Assembly: GCA_963732385.1 (NCBI GenBank)
Contig: CAVSZB010000005.1
Coordinates: 369,922-433,921 of the forward strand
Source: an uncultured bacterium
Lineage (GTDB): Bacteria; Krumholzibacteriota; Krumholzibacteriia; LZORAL124-64-63
Direction: 5' to 3'
DNA: 64,000 nt
A program made the translations under genes and the position numbers. Under the pieces are notes generated by a model, which saw nothing but the letters and a program-made list of their open reading frames with translations, had not been told where the DNA came from and did no database searches. Positions 62,116-64,000 of the stretch are shown one piece after another. Position 1 is the first letter of the stretch. Every line of letters starts with the position of its first letter.

Positions 62116-62906
62116 ATCAGGCCGAGCAGGGCCACGCCGAGCAGCACACGGTAGACGGCGAAGGGCAGAAAACTCATGTGGCGCACCAGCTTCATGAGCA
62201 CGGTGATGGTGCCAAGCGCCACGAAGAAGGTCAGGATCGCCGTCAGGAACATGCTGAAGGTGACCGGCTCGCCCGTCGCAACGGCATCGCCCAGCTTCAG
62301 GACGCCGGCACCCGCGATCGCCGGAATGCCGAGCAGGAAGGCAAAGCGGGCCGCCTCGGGGCGTTCGAAGCCAAGCGCCCGCGCCGCGGTCATGGTGATG
62401 CCGGAGCGGCTGGTGCCGGGGATGATGGCAATGGCCTGCGCCACGCCGATGATCAGGGCGGGCATCAGCGTCATGTCCGACATGCGGCGCAGCGACAGGC
62501 CATAGCGGTCGCACAGATAGAGCAGGATGCCGAAGATGATGGCATTCCAGGCGATGATCTCCGGCATCTGCCGGACCGCATCCATGAAGCCGATCTTGTC
62601 GAGGATCACGCCAAACACCACAGCCGGGATTGTGCCCAGCACGATGAGCATGGCCAGCTTGCCCCAGGCCGTCACCTTGCCGCGCACCAGATCGATGGTT
62701 CCGGCCAGAAGGTTCACGCAGTCGCGCCAGAAATACACGACCACGGCCAGAAACGATCCCATGTGAACCATCACGTCGGTCAGCACGCCCTGGTCGGGCC
62801 AGCCGGTGAACGCCGGAACCAGAAGCAGATGGCCGGAGGAGGAAATCGGCAGAAACTCGGTGATGCCCTGGATCAGGGCCAGGACGACGATCTGGACGAT
62901 CAACAT
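62082..62906 (-). CDS. uppP: Undecaprenyl-diphosphate phosphatase
   Basis: QGITEFLPISSSGH, PGTSRSGIT, AARFAFLLGIP. Confidence 0.95.
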   Translation of the reverse strand: MLIVQIVVLALIQGITEFLPISSSGHLLLVPAFTGWPDQGVLTDVMVHMGSFLAVVVYFWRDCVNLLAGTIDLVRGKVTAWGKLAMLIVLGTIPAVVFGVILDKIGFMDAVRQMPEIIAWNAIIFGILLYLCDRYGLSLRRMSDMTLMPALIIGVAQAIAIIPGTSRSGITMTAARALGFERPEAARFAFLLGIPAIAGAGVLKLGDAVATGEPVTFSMFLTAILTFFVALGTITVLMKLVRHMSFLPFAVYRVLLGVALLGLIYSGIPLGAVN

Positions 62907-63057
62907 GAAAAGGCCACTCCTGCCCACGCCAATGGCGCGATTCGAATCGCTGTGCTGCTAATGTCCCCGCGTTTTATATGCTGCCCTGGAACGGGGCAAA
63001 TGCGGCGACTGGTGGCCCGGTTCTTGCGTTCAGACAGTTAAGGTTCACTTACCATCC

Positions 63058-63742
63058 ATGCCGGCACTCATTCACTTCGCACTCGATCCCTTCAGCCGCC
63101 GCATGAGACTGGCGCTCGCCGAATATGGCGTCGGCTTCGAACTGGTCGATGAGACGCCATGGAGCCCCACAGCCGATCTGTTCGAACTGAATCCCGGCCG
63201 GCACGGTTCCCGTCTATCTGGAGGACAGCACCTCGCCGGTCTCGGGCGTCGAGGCCATTGGCGAGTTTCTCGGGGAAACCGAAAATCGCATGACGGCGCT
63301 TATTCCGGGCGATGCCTTCGAGCGTGCCGAAGTGCGCCGCCTGGTCGGTTGGTTCGATGTGAAATTCTATGCCGAGGTCTCCGAGCCCATCCTCACTGAA
63401 AAGGTGATCCGCCGCTATCTGTCGCGCGAGGCGGGCGGCGGCGGGCCAGACATGAGCCGGGTACGCCAGGCTTCGTTGCGCCTGCGCGATCATCTCGACT
63501 ACATCGGTCATCTGGCCGATCACCGCCCGTGGCTTGCGGGCGAGCACTTGTCGCTGGCCGACCTGGCCGCTGCCGCTCATGTCTCCGTCGCCGATTATCT
63601 CGGGGATGTTCCGTGGGCTGAATATCCGGTTGCCAAGTCGTGGTACCAGCGCATCAAGTCGAGGCCGTCCTTCCGTCCTGCTGCTGCTCGACACCTGCGC
63701 GGCATGGCGCCATCGGCCACCTATGCGGATCTCGATTTCTGA
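63058..63742 (+). CDS. Glutathione S-transferase family protein (frameshifted)
   Basis: DPFSRRMRLALAEYG, ERAEVRRLVGWFD, WLAGEHLSLADLAAAAH, RIKSRPSFR. Confidence 0.88.
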
Positions 63743-63745
63743 CGG

Positions 63746-64000
63746 TGGGCGATCTCGCCACCAGGCTGAAAGCCCGCGCCCGAACCGAAGGCTTTGACGA
63801 TATCCGCATTGCCCGCGTCTCGGACGATCCCCTGCAGGCGCGCCGGCTCGACGCTTTCATCGCCAAGGGTCATCATGGCACCATGAGCTGGATGCCCGAA
63901 ACGGCAGCACGGCGCGGAAGCCCCCGCGCCCGCGGCGAGAGGCCCGCAGCGCCATCGTGCTGGCGCAGAACTACGGTCCCGACATGGACCCGCTGGCCCG
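63746..64000 (+). CDS. queG: Epoxyqueuosine reductase, N-terminus (runs off the window)
   Basis: LKARARTEGFDDIRIA...FIAKGHHGTMSWM...AIVLAQNYGP. GST-queG synteny is typical of alphaproteobacteria. Confidence 0.8.

Overview
The window has three zones. (1) 1-34.6 kb is a GC-rich accessory region from a bacterium with FlgD-Ig-tailed secreted proteins; Krumholzibacteriota/Latescibacterota/Eisenbacteria is my inference from protein style. It holds a glycosyltransferase/radical-SAM/methyltransferase operon, hflKC and catalase. It also holds a patchwork island that ends at tRNA-Asn, with a family of TGT...ACA IS481-like termini (one complete element, several cargo-carrying or empty derivatives), an IS110 remnant, five copies of one C-terminal FlgD module, outer-membrane barrels and two AAA/DUF4143 ATPases. 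(2) 34.7-56.35 kb is very GC-rich DNA. It carries a TPR-sigma54 activator next to a small secreted protein and an apparently uncharacterised RiPP-like locus: a 43-aa precursor missing from the ORF track, a PqqD/RRE, a B12 radical SAM, an M50 site-2 protease, a GT-like protein and a hybrid kinase. It also carries a queuosine salvage gene and mqnE. (3) From about 56,355 the sequence switches abruptly, inside def and rpoN, to frameshift-rich alphaproteobacterial DNA (rpoN-lptBAC-rnd-tRNA-Leu-uppP-GST-queG). This is most likely a chimeric assembly join. All family assignments come from motif recognition by eye; no database searches were run.
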